Positions 56,065 to 64,000 of a stretch of 64,000 nt of DNA are shown here, in pieces (position 1 is the first letter of the stretch; each line of letters starts with the position of its first letter). The DNA is taken from positions 15,614 through 79,613 of IMG/VR virus record IMGVR_UViG_3300017909_001210; one strand, given 5' to 3'. This stretch comes from a virus (lineage: Duplodnaviria > Caudoviricetes). The notes below the pieces were generated by a model. It ran no database searches. It was given only the letters and a program-made list of their open reading frames with translations, and was not told the DNA's origin. The translations under genes were made by a program, and so were the position numbers.

Positions 56065-56855
56065 AGAAAACAATTCTTTTCATAGGGATTTTAACAATCC
56101 CTATGTTTTCATATGCAGACGATAATCACGTTCATGTAGAACAAGTCAATGGTGGTGACAATGCAGACTTATCAATTGACCAAATAGGTTATAACAACCT
56201 CGTAAATTTTTCTTTCGACCACCAAAACAATACAATAGACCTCATACAAAAAGGAAACAATTTGTATTTTGGTTATACTGATACATGGGGTTCGGGTAAA
56301 AGTTGGGGTGGTGACATAGACGGATATAATAATGAAATAGAAGTTAGACAAAGATGTTCTGTCACAAGTTGTAATGATAATGATTTTGGTTTACATGTAT
56401 GGGGTAATTACAACCAAGTTGTTTTTGGTCAAGGATATGAAATCAACAACTCACTTACACCTACTTGGAATTATGACGGAACGGAGCCTGGTGGAAACTA
56501 TGTAAGATTAGATATTCATGGTGACTACAATGACTTTAAAGGAAGTCAGAAACAAGATTCGGATTCAATATATCATTCAATGACTTGGAACATTTATGGT
56601 GATTACAATGACGTATTTTCAAAACAATTGCAGAATGGTGATAAAACACTTACTGGAACAATTAACAACGATTACAATGAAGTTAGTGTAATTCAAAAAA
56701 AGACTGGAGCTCACACTGCAACAATAACATTGGACGGAACATACGGAACAGATTTAACTTTAGTTCAAACTGGAAGTGTTGCACAAACATATACACTATC
56801 TCAAACATGTAATACAATAGGTGGTTGCACTGTAAACGTCACTCAAGGTAATTAA
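56052..56855 (+). CDS. Secreted curlin-repeat protein (CsgA/CsgB-like)
   Basis: Signal peptide; repeats DQIGYNN, DGYNNEIEVRQ, WGNYNQVVFGQ, HGDYNDFKGSQ, YGDYNDVFSKQ, NNDYNEVSVIQ fit the curlin Q-x-G-x-x-N pattern. Confidence 0.7.
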   Translation: MDILKKTILFIGILTIPMFSYADDNHVHVEQVNGGDNADLSIDQIGYNNLVNFSFDHQNNTIDLIQKGNNLYFGYTDTWGSGKSWGGDIDGYNNEIEVRQRCSVTSCNDNDFGLHVWGNYNQVVFGQGYEINNSLTPTWNYDGTEPGGNYVRLDIHGDYNDFKGSQKQDSDSIYHSMTWNIYGDYNDVFSKQLQNGDKTLTGTINNDYNEVSVIQKKTGAHTATITLDGTYGTDLTLVQTGSVAQTYTLSQTCNTIGGCTVNVTQGN

Positions 56856-58705
56856 TGTATTCGTGGAAAACAGTTGTAATAACCATAGGGTTATTATTCG
56901 GTCTTAAGATATGGAATCCCTATTTCATAGAAAATATATCATGGTCTTATTTTGATTATTTACACCAATCTCAGGAAGTAGTTCAGGTAGATAATATTGT
57001 CTTAGTAGATATAGACGAACCTTCACTTGAAGTGTATGGTCAGTATCCATGGCCAAGGTCTATTTACAGGGATTTAATGTTAGACACTTCATACACTAAT
57101 ACACATGTTTTCACTCAACTCTTTAAAGAACCTGATAGATTTCAGGGTGACGAAGCATTTGCAGAAGGTTTAGTAAATCGATTATCAATTCTATCTTCTG
57201 CACCAACAGTTCAAAAAGATACTGGTTCTGCACCTTTTGTAAGAACTAGTGTTTTCGGTGGAGGAAACATAGACGACCATATATGGAGTTTCTCAGGAAT
57301 CTCTTCACCGATTCCAATATTAGAACAAAATTCATATGGTTCAGGTGTGACAATTACTACACCACCAGTCAGTGGAACTGCAAACTTTGACGGGACAGTT
57401 CGTTCTGCACCATTAATTGTTTCTGCAAATGGTGTAGTGTATCCCTCAGTTGCACTAGAAGTTTTACGTGCAATGTATGACCAACCTAATTATCAGACTC
57501 GTGTGACACCCGAAGTTGGAATCGAATGGATTCGTATTGGAAGACAACCCCCAATCGAAACCACTCCAACTGCAGATATCCTTGTAGGATATTGGAATGA
57601 TTTCGAAAGGGTGTCTGCAAAAGATTTACCAAATTCTAACCTAGAGAACAAGATTCTAATTTGGGGTCTGACGGCTGAAGGTCTGAATAATCCAGTTTCA
57701 ACCCCAGTGGGTGTAAAGTATCCCCACGAAGTTCAAGCTTCAATCCTCCACTCCGTCTCCACAGGAGTTCAAATACAACAATCCTACTATCTTGAATTCT
57801 TAGAAGTCGTTCTTCTATTGACAGTTCTTTTAGCAATATTGGTATCGGTCTACACACTTCCCACAATTTTTTCGGGGATAGTGAGTCTAGGTATCGTTGG
57901 ATTTCAGGTGGGTTTGGGTTTCTATTTGTGGACTTCAAGTTTCGTTCTTTTCGATATCTTCTACTCATCGATGGCCTCCATAATAGTGTTTGGACATGCT
58001 TCCTTCAACAAATATTATAAAACCTATCAACTCAAAGAACAAATTAAGAAGCAGTTTCAAAAGTATTTATCTCCCGACATGGTTGACCAACTTGCAGAGA
58101 ATCCTGAACTATTAAAGTTAGGTGGTGAGAGAAAAGAAATGACATTCATGTTCATGGACATATGTGGATTCACTCCAATATCAGAAGCATATAAAAATAA
58201 AGACGACCCCGAAGGATTAGTAGACTTGATAAACAAGTTCCTAGATGTCCAAACGAAGATTATCCTAAATAATAAAGGAACCATAGACAAATATATGGGT
58301 GACTGTATCATGAGTTTTTGGAATGCTCCCTTGGATTGTGAAAACCATGCAGAACTCGCCGTTAAATCCGCTCTAGAAGTATTAGAAGCAACTAAAGAAT
58401 TAAATGAAGAACTATCTCCTCTCAATCTGCCTCCTATTAATGTCGGTATCGGTATTAGCACAGGAGAATGTATTGTCGGAAACATGGGGTCAGAAGTTAG
58501 ATTTGACTATTCCGTCATTGGAGACGCCGTCAACCTCGGTGCTAGACTCGAGGGACAAACACGCAATTATGATGGGGTGGACGTGTTGTTATCGGAACGA
58601 ACTTATCAACAGTGTCCGAACAGAGCATTCACTGAAGTCGACAGAATACTTGTTAAAGGTAAATCCGAAAAGGTTCGAATATTCACACCATTGGGAACTG
58701 ACTGA
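56855..58705 (+). CDS. CHASE2-domain transmembrane class III adenylate cyclase
   Basis: VLVDIDEPSL...QYPWPRS (CHASE2), three TM helices, FMDICGFT, IDKYMGDCIM, DYSVIGDAVNLGARLEG with catalytic D/D/K/N/R present. Confidence 0.92.
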   Translation: MYSWKTVVITIGLLFGLKIWNPYFIENISWSYFDYLHQSQEVVQVDNIVLVDIDEPSLEVYGQYPWPRSIYRDLMLDTSYTNTHVFTQLFKEPDRFQGDEAFAEGLVNRLSILSSAPTVQKDTGSAPFVRTSVFGGGNIDDHIWSFSGISSPIPILEQNSYGSGVTITTPPVSGTANFDGTVRSAPLIVSANGVVYPSVALEVLRAMYDQPNYQTRVTPEVGIEWIRIGRQPPIETTPTADILVGYWNDFERVSAKDLPNSNLENKILIWGLTAEGLNNPVSTPVGVKYPHEVQASILHSVSTGVQIQQSYYLEFLEVVLLLTVLLAILVSVYTLPTIFSGIVSLGIVGFQVGLGFYLWTSSFVLFDIFYSSMASIIVFGHASFNKYYKTYQLKEQIKKQFQKYLSPDMVDQLAENPELLKLGGERKEMTFMFMDICGFTPISEAYKNKDDPEGLVDLINKFLDVQTKIILNNKGTIDKYMGDCIMSFWNAPLDCENHAELAVKSALEVLEATKELNEELSPLNLPPINVGIGISTGECIVGNMGSEVRFDYSVIGDAVNLGARLEGQTRNYDGVDVLLSERTYQQCPNRAFTEVDRILVKGKSEKVRIFTPLGTD

Positions 58706-59009
58706 CCCACCTTCAACAGCAGATTGGACATTATTCATTTTTTTACAAGTCGCAGATATCTACACAACTTATCGTGGACTAAAATACGAATGCGTAGAAG
58801 AAGCAAATCCATTGTTTGGTAAAAATCCAACAGTTGAAACTATGGCAATGTATAAGTTTGCATTGTTGACACCAGCAATTCAATACGACAGAAAACATGG
58901 TAATTTAAATAAGGCATCTATGAGAGGAAATAATACATTTATGATGTTTATTATAGGCAATAATCTAAATGTATTGGAAAGGGCAGAAAATAGATGTAAC
59001 AAAAGATAA
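58404..59009 (+). CDS. Secreted/membrane protein (DUF5658-like C-terminus) overlapping the cyclase 3' end
   Basis: Signal-peptide-like MKNYLLSICLLLMSVSVLA; C-terminal LQVADIYTTYRGL...EANPLFG; start uncertain. Confidence 0.55.
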   Translation: MKNYLLSICLLLMSVSVLAQENVLSETWGQKLDLTIPSLETPSTSVLDSRDKHAIMMGWTCCYRNELINSVRTEHSLKSTEYLLKVNPKRFEYSHHWELTDPPSTADWTLFIFLQVADIYTTYRGLKYECVEEANPLFGKNPTVETMAMYKFALLTPAIQYDRKHGNLNKASMRGNNTFMMFIIGNNLNVLERAENRCNKR

Positions 59010-59059
59010 CTTTTTTTCAAAAAACCCCTTGAAAAAACCTAGTTAGACCATATATAATA

Positions 59060-59067
59060 TATAAATA
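59060..59067 (+). promoter_or_regulatory. Late promoter TATAAATA overlapping a sigma70-like TTGAAA-18-TATAAT (59029-59058)
   Basis: Both consensus elements are visible upstream of hsp20. Confidence 0.6.
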
Positions 59068-59070
59068 AGA

Positions 59071-59131
59071 ATGTAATTGCTCAATAGAGGATTACACATA
59101 TATTAACTTGCTATAATAGGAGAAAAATATG
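59071..59131 (+). promoter_or_regulatory. ROSE-like RNA thermometer candidate in the hsp20 leader
   Basis: 5' hairpin TGTAAT/ATTACA; 3' hairpin CTT(G)CTA-TAA-TAGGAG pairs UUGCU with the SD, leaving a bulged G. Confidence 0.55.
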
Positions 59132-59539
59132 ACGCATTTAGATATATTTGGTCAATTCAGACCACTCACAATTGGATTTGATAGATACTTCGAAGACCTC
59201 GAAAGACTAACAAGTCACACTCAAACCAACTACCCACCTTATAACATTGTAAAGGAAGATGCAGAGAACTATTGCATTGAACTTGCAGTCGCAGGGTTCG
59301 GTAAGAAAGATATTGAAATCACTAAAGAAAGAAATGTCTTAACTATCGAAGGTAAAATTGACGAAGACTCAAAAGACTTTGTTCATAAAGGACTTGCTTC
59401 AAGAGCCTTCAAAAGAACTTTTACCCTTGCAGACGATGTTGAGGTTAGTGGTGCCGACATGGTAGACGGAATTCTACATGTCAAACTGGTAAGAATTATT
59501 CCCGAAGAGGATAAACCAGTTTCTATTAAAATTAAATAG
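59129..59539 (+). CDS. hsp20: Small heat-shock protein Hsp20 (IbpA-like)
   Basis: TIGFDRYF, NYPPYNI, IELAVAGF, HKGLASRAFKRTFTLA, DGILHVKL. Confidence 0.95.
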   Translation: MTHLDIFGQFRPLTIGFDRYFEDLERLTSHTQTNYPPYNIVKEDAENYCIELAVAGFGKKDIEITKERNVLTIEGKIDEDSKDFVHKGLASRAFKRTFTLADDVEVSGADMVDGILHVKLVRIIPEEDKPVSIKIK

Positions 59540-59608
59540 AAAACCCCCTTTACGTATACACCCGTTATATAGTATAATGGGTGTATCTTTATATAAAGGA
59601 GATTTATT

Positions 59609-60130
59609 ATGTTAACAGTGGGAGATTTATTCCCGAGTTTCACACTCAAGGGAATTAACGAAAATAATGAGTTTATTGATGTAGAAGTTAATGAAGGATA
59701 TACACCTTTAAAAAAGGATTGGTCTGTAGTTTACTTTTACCCAAAAGACTTTACTTTTATTTGTCCAACAGAGATTGCTGGTTTCGACACTTTAGTTGAC
59801 CATGCAAATGTTGTTGGTATTAGTGGTGATAACGAGTTCTGTAAATTAGCATGGAAAAAAGAGAATGAATTGATAGGTAATATCAGACATTCACTTGCAG
59901 CTGATTGTGGACTTGGATTATCATCTGCACTAGGTATTGTTAATGAAAAAGAAGGTGTATGTTATCGTGCAACCTTTATCTTTGATAAAAACAGAATCAT
60001 TCAACATGCCTCAATCAATGCACTAGACACTGGAAGAAACCATAAAGAAGTTCTTAGAACTCTGCAAGGTTTACAAGCAGGTGGACTAACAGGTTGCGGT
60101 TGGGAAGATGGTGAGGACTTTGTCGGATAA
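59609..60130 (+). CDS. ahpC: 2-Cys peroxiredoxin (AhpC)
   Basis: YFYPKDFTFICPTEI, RATFIFD, GRNHKEVLRTLQGLQ, C-terminal resolving Cys (TGCGW). Confidence 0.92.
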   Translation: MLTVGDLFPSFTLKGINENNEFIDVEVNEGYTPLKKDWSVVYFYPKDFTFICPTEIAGFDTLVDHANVVGISGDNEFCKLAWKKENELIGNIRHSLAADCGLGLSSALGIVNEKEGVCYRATFIFDKNRIIQHASINALDTGRNHKEVLRTLQGLQAGGLTGCGWEDGEDFVG

Positions 60131-61544
60131 ACTATACCAAGTTCTTAAAGACAATGCAAATGAGAAGGGTTTACCTATTATTGAGGGTAAACTCTTCGAT
60201 GCATTAACAGAAGAATACGGAAGGGAAAAGTTCCGTGAGGTTCTTGCAGATTACATAGAAAAAGAAAGACCCGAATTCCCACTCAAACCCATTTCTCACG
60301 AAGATATGAGAAATACCTTTATTAGACTTCTAGAATATGACGTATGGAAGTTTATATATCCACACGAAAATTTAGAACAAGAAGTTGTAGAAAAGTATGA
60401 CGATTACAAATATCCATATTCAGAATGGGGTCATGGAATGGTCAATGCACCTTCTACTTTTAATGATGCAAGTGATTACTTTATGCAACACTTAAGACTT
60501 GCTTGTGATTCATATGGACATAGAGCTCCATTGAATGCATTCAAAGAATCAACTGCTCAACAACTTAAATCACCATTAGGTGCAATATGGAGAGGTGTAA
60601 ACGATATCAAAAAAGAGATATCAACAGACGTAGACGGAAACGAAACAATTAAGTTAGTAGGTGGTTCACTTAAAGAAGACACTTACAGAATGGCATTTAG
60701 ATTGGGTGCCTATATTGCAACACAATTCAAACCAGTTGTTGCAAAATGTTTTTATGAAATGACTGAGGCAAAAACAGTTTTGGATACCAGTTGTGGTTGG
60801 GGAGATAGACTATGTGGATTCTTTGCAACCAAAGGAACAGAAATCTATATTGGTTGTGACCCGAACCCAAATACTTTTGAAGTGTATAAACAACAATGTG
60901 TAGAATATGAAAAGATTCTTACAGGTCATGCACCAAAGATTACAGAAACCAAAGATAAGTTTATGTCAGTTGGTGAGAAGAGAGTTATAATTTATAGAAG
61001 TGGTGCTGAAGATATTCCTTATGGTCAGTTCCCACCAATAGATTGTGCATTCACTTCACCACCTTATTTCTCTACAGAAACATATAACAAAGGTGGAGAA
61101 CATGAAGAAGACCAATCATGGAGTAAGTTTTCAGAATATGATTCTTGGAGAGATGATTTCTTTTTACCAGTTTCTTCAAAATCATTCGAAGTGTTATCAG
61201 AGAACGGACATTTATTGATAAATATAATGAACCCAAAGGTTAAGGGAAAAATGTTTCCTTCGTGTGACGAAGTTGTAGATTTACTTAGACCATATTTCAA
61301 AGGTCAGATTGGAATGAGAATTATGCAACGACCTCAATCTTCTGAATCATTCTTAGAGAAATGGTCAGACGTGAAAGGTGATAGTGACGAGAATCAAGTA
61401 TCAGACAAAGAAGGAATCGATAGAACTGCAATGCAAGATTTCATGAAAAAATTATACATGGAAAATGTATGGTGGTTCTCAAAAGAGGATAAAGATTTAT
61501 TCTTACCTAACAGAAGAAATACATTGGAGAGTTTTTTTGGATAG
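60108..61544 (+). CDS. SAM-dependent amino-DNA methyltransferase-like protein
   Basis: LDTSCGWGDRL (SAM binding), IGCDPN, FTSPPYF (catalytic SPPY). Confidence 0.75.
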   Translation: MVRTLSDKLYQVLKDNANEKGLPIIEGKLFDALTEEYGREKFREVLADYIEKERPEFPLKPISHEDMRNTFIRLLEYDVWKFIYPHENLEQEVVEKYDDYKYPYSEWGHGMVNAPSTFNDASDYFMQHLRLACDSYGHRAPLNAFKESTAQQLKSPLGAIWRGVNDIKKEISTDVDGNETIKLVGGSLKEDTYRMAFRLGAYIATQFKPVVAKCFYEMTEAKTVLDTSCGWGDRLCGFFATKGTEIYIGCDPNPNTFEVYKQQCVEYEKILTGHAPKITETKDKFMSVGEKRVIIYRSGAEDIPYGQFPPIDCAFTSPPYFSTETYNKGGEHEEDQSWSKFSEYDSWRDDFFLPVSSKSFEVLSENGHLLINIMNPKVKGKMFPSCDEVVDLLRPYFKGQIGMRIMQRPQSSESFLEKWSDVKGDSDENQVSDKEGIDRTAMQDFMKKLYMENVWWFSKEDKDLFLPNRRNTLESFFG

Positions 61545-61854
61545 TATAACACCATTATTTGATGAAGGAGTTTATTGTGTCGTAGACAATAACAAGCTTG
61601 ATATGTCGGGTATTCAAATTCTTAAAGGAAAATGGAAAGACGTTATCTACGTTTATGGTAAAGTTGGATTCGAAGAGGGAAAACCAAACATAAATTTTCA
61701 GAGAGATATTGTTGTCGTTCCCGAACACCATGACTTAGACGAACTCCTAAATAATAAGGAATTAAATAACCTTATGGGTGATATACTCGTAGAATTACTA
61801 CAGGAACAAATGAGGAAAGAGAATGAACAAGGAATTACTGAAGGAACAGATTAA
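61537..61854 (+). CDS. Conserved hypothetical protein
   Basis: QILKGKWKDVIYVYGKV...MGDILVELL; SD GGAG then TTG 61537. Confidence 0.55.
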   Translation: MDSITPLFDEGVYCVVDNNKLDMSGIQILKGKWKDVIYVYGKVGFEEGKPNINFQRDIVVVPEHHDLDELLNNKELNNLMGDILVELLQEQMRKENEQGITEGTD

Positions 61855-62287
61855 AAGACACGAAGGTGAAGTTTTAGAAATTTACGAAGACTCACTAGGA
61901 TATTTAACGTTTGGTGTTGGACACTTAGTTAAAGAAGACGACCCCGAATATGGACAACCAGTCGGAACACCAGTTTCACAAGAGAGAGTAGACGAAGTTT
62001 ACGAACATGATTTTGAAAAACACTTAAAAGAAACTATACACTTGTATACAACAAAAGGTGGTTCAGAAGCTGGATTCCAAACACTACCTGAAAACATTCA
62101 ACACGTATTAGTCAATATGACTTTCAATTTAGGTATCACTAGATTTGGTAAGTTTAATAATATGTGGAAAGCAGTTATCCAAGAAGATTGGTTAAAAATG
62201 GGTGAGGAAATGGAAGACTCACGTTGGTTCGGACAAGTAGGTAGAAGGTCAGTAGAACTACAAGAAATGGTGTGGAAACATGCCTAA
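61823..62287 (+). CDS. Lysozyme/endolysin (GH24, T4-lysozyme-like)
   Basis: HEG...YEDSLGYLTFGVGHL; LVNMTFNLG; SRWFGQVGRR. Confidence 0.88.
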   Translation: MNKELLKEQIKRHEGEVLEIYEDSLGYLTFGVGHLVKEDDPEYGQPVGTPVSQERVDEVYEHDFEKHLKETIHLYTTKGGSEAGFQTLPENIQHVLVNMTFNLGITRFGKFNNMWKAVIQEDWLKMGEEMEDSRWFGQVGRRSVELQEMVWKHA

Positions 62288-62561
62288 AGTTAAGTGTATC
62301 AGACTCGATACAGGAGAAGTGATAATCGGGTTCGTAGATAAAACACTATGGGGTGATTACAAAATCCAAGAAGCACAACTTTGTATTACAGACGTGCAAG
62401 ACGGAAAGTTTGAAGTAAAACTTGCACCATGGATTCCATATGCAAAAGAATACAACTTTGTTATTAACAAAGATTTAGTGCAAACAGTCTTTGAACCAAG
62501 ACCACAATTAGAAACAAACTTTAAGGTTGCAACTGGTAATAATAACCAAAGAGGTAGATAA
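62280..62561 (+). CDS. Conserved hypothetical (Sm-like) protein
   Basis: CIRLDTGEVIIG...LAPWIPY. Confidence 0.55.
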   Translation: MPKVKCIRLDTGEVIIGFVDKTLWGDYKIQEAQLCITDVQDGKFEVKLAPWIPYAKEYNFVINKDLVQTVFEPRPQLETNFKVATGNNNQRGR

Positions 62562-62800
62562 TGAAAGATATGACAAATGAAATTCTAAAAGGTGTTGTTG
62601 CTCATGCAGACGGACATATTGCAAAACACAAAGCAAACATTCTAGTTCAATGTAAAAATTCTGTTGGTGTTGGTGAACACTCAGACCACATTGAAACAAT
62701 CGAAAAAGAATTAGAACAGATTGCTCATTACGAAGATTTAAAAGACGTAGTAAGAAAACATTTTTCAGAATATACAGAAAGAACCACATTGACAGAATAG
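62561..62800 (+). CDS. Conserved hypothetical protein
   Basis: NSVGVGEHSDHIETIEKELEQIAHYED motif common in marine myoviruses. Confidence 0.6.
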   Translation: MKDMTNEILKGVVAHADGHIAKHKANILVQCKNSVGVGEHSDHIETIEKELEQIAHYEDLKDVVRKHFSEYTERTTLTE

Positions 62801-62818
62801 ACCCTATTGTAGTATAAT
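62789..62818 (+). promoter_or_regulatory. Sigma70-type promoter for gp43
   Basis: TTGACA-18nt-TATAAT, ATG at 62825. Confidence 0.75.
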
Positions 62819-62824
62819 AACTAC

Positions 62825-64000
62825 ATGGATTTCTATACAAATGTTTGTAGGACTAGGGACAAGATTCTAGTCAAAGGCTATAAGAACGGAAAACAACAAC
62901 AACTTTCTGTTGCATATAGACCCAATCATTTTATTCCTTCAAAGAAAGGAGAAACCCCATTCAAGAGTTTAGACGGAAGGTCACTGGAAGCAGTGAACCT
63001 TAACTCTATGGGTGGTGCAAGAAAGTTCAGAGAGAGATACAGTGGTGTCGAAGGATTCGAAATCCATGGATACGACAGATATATCTACACTTATATTGCA
63101 GATAAATTTCAAGGTGATATCAAGTGGGACTTGAAACACATAAAGATTGCAACACTTGATATTGAGTGTGAATGTGAAGACGGATTCCCCGAACCAATCT
63201 ATGCAAATGAAAAGGTCAATGCAATATCAATTAAACCTATTGGTAAAGATACACAAGTGTTTGGTATCGGCCCTTGGGAACACAACAGAACAGACGTAGT
63301 TTATCACAACTGCAAAAACGAATCAGAACTCTTACTCAAGTTTATAAAATACTGGAGAACAGAAAACTTTGATATCATTACTGGTTGGAATGTAAACAGT
63401 TTCGATATCACATATCTTTGTAATCGTATTGATAGAATTCTTGGTGAGGGAGAACACAAAAAACTTTCACCATGGAATCAATGTGACGTAAGAGAATTCC
63501 ATTCAGGTTTTGGTCAGAAACAAATGATATTCAATCTCTATGGTATCAATGTTCTTGACTATCTTGAACTCTATCGTAAACACACTTTTGTAAATCAAGA
63601 ATCCTACAAACTAGAAAACATTGCACAAGTAGAACTTGGTAAAGGTAAGATTGACTATTCAGAGTATGGTAATTTACATACACTATACAAACAAGACTAT
63701 GGAAAATTCTTAGACTATAATGTCAAAGACGTTGTCCTTGTTGAAGAACTAGAAGAGAAACTAGGACTAATTGAATTGACTTGTGCAATGTCATACAATG
63801 CAAAGTGTAATTACAATGACACTTTCGGAATGGTAAAGTATTGGGAAACCATAATCTATAATCACCTCAAAGAACAAAACATTCAGACACCACCACAAAG
63901 ACTAAAGACTGGTAATGATAAGACACACCAAATCGTTGGTGCATATGTCAAAGACCCAATAGTCGGTGGACATGATTGGGTAGTGTCATTCGACTTGAAC
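62825..64000 (+). CDS. gp43: Family B DNA polymerase gp43, 3'-truncated (absent from the ORF track)
   Basis: MDFYTNV...; ExoI LDIECECEDGFP, ExoII GWNVNSFDITY, ExoIII YNVKDV; the window ends at VVSFDLN (polymerase region II). Confidence 0.96.
   Translation, partial: MDFYTNVCRTRDKILVKGYKNGKQQQLSVAYRPNHFIPSKKGETPFKSLDGRSLEAVNLNSMGGARKFRERYSGVEGFEIHGYDRYIYTYIADKFQGDIKWDLKHIKIATLDIECECEDGFPEPIYANEKVNAISIKPIGKDTQVFGIGPWEHNRTDVVYHNCKNESELLLKFIKYWRTENFDIITGWNVNSFDITYLCNRIDRILGEGEHKKLSPWNQCDVREFHSGFGQKQMIFNLYGINVLDYLELYRKHTFVNQESYKLENIAQVELGKGKIDYSEYGNLHTLYKQDYGKFLDYNVKDVVLVEELEEKLGLIELTCAMSYNAKCNYNDTFGMVKYWETIIYNHLKEQNIQTPPQRLKTGNDKTHQIVGAYVKDPIVGGHDWVVSFDLN

Noticed and set aside
699-62840. Dozens of minus-strand and nested ORFs in the six-frame track
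   Set aside because: They are shadows of well-supported + strand genes, with S/V/P-rich antisense composition and no SD or promoter. Only 57636-57968 was kept, as a tentative finding.
1-64000. tRNA, tmRNA or rRNA genes, group I introns, homing endonucleases, integrase
   Set aside because: None recognised by eye. Intergenic gaps are short and core genes (gp17, gp20, gp23, uvsW) are uninterrupted. tRNAscan/ARAGORN were not run.

Overview
AT-rich 64-kb segment of a T4-like (Kyanoviridae/pelagimyophage-like) myovirus, almost all genes on the + strand. No photosynthesis genes occur in this window and the accessory genes point to a heterotrophic, probably proteobacterial, host (inference). Order: DUF4815-like structural gene and a tail-fibre array (1-12.1 kb); Q/P/Y-rich repeat proteins, one ending in a Hint domain, then a glycosyltransferase, a fibre-chaperone-like gene and 2OG-Fe(II) oxygenases (12.2-18.5 kb); the core T4 morphogenesis block gp13-gp23 (18.8-31.5 kb); a glutamine (glnA-type) riboswitch before a DUF4278-like peptide; gp3, uvsY, uvsW; small membrane peptides and an alternative oxidase; gp55, gp47, gp46; peptide deformylase; an early VWA/MoxR-AAA (CobT/CobS-like) pair; gp45, gp44, gp62, regA; a curli-like locus (CsgF, CsgG, two curlin-repeat proteins) interleaved with FecR and a CHASE2 adenylate cyclase (52-59 kb); hsp20 with a ROSE-like leader, peroxiredoxin, DNA methyltransferase, lysozyme, and the 5' part of gp43. 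Best candidates for undescribed systems: the curli + FecR + cyclase locus, the repeat-fibre/Hint/glycosylation cluster, and the riboswitch-controlled DUF4278 peptide. All family calls come from motif recognition by eye; no database searches were run.
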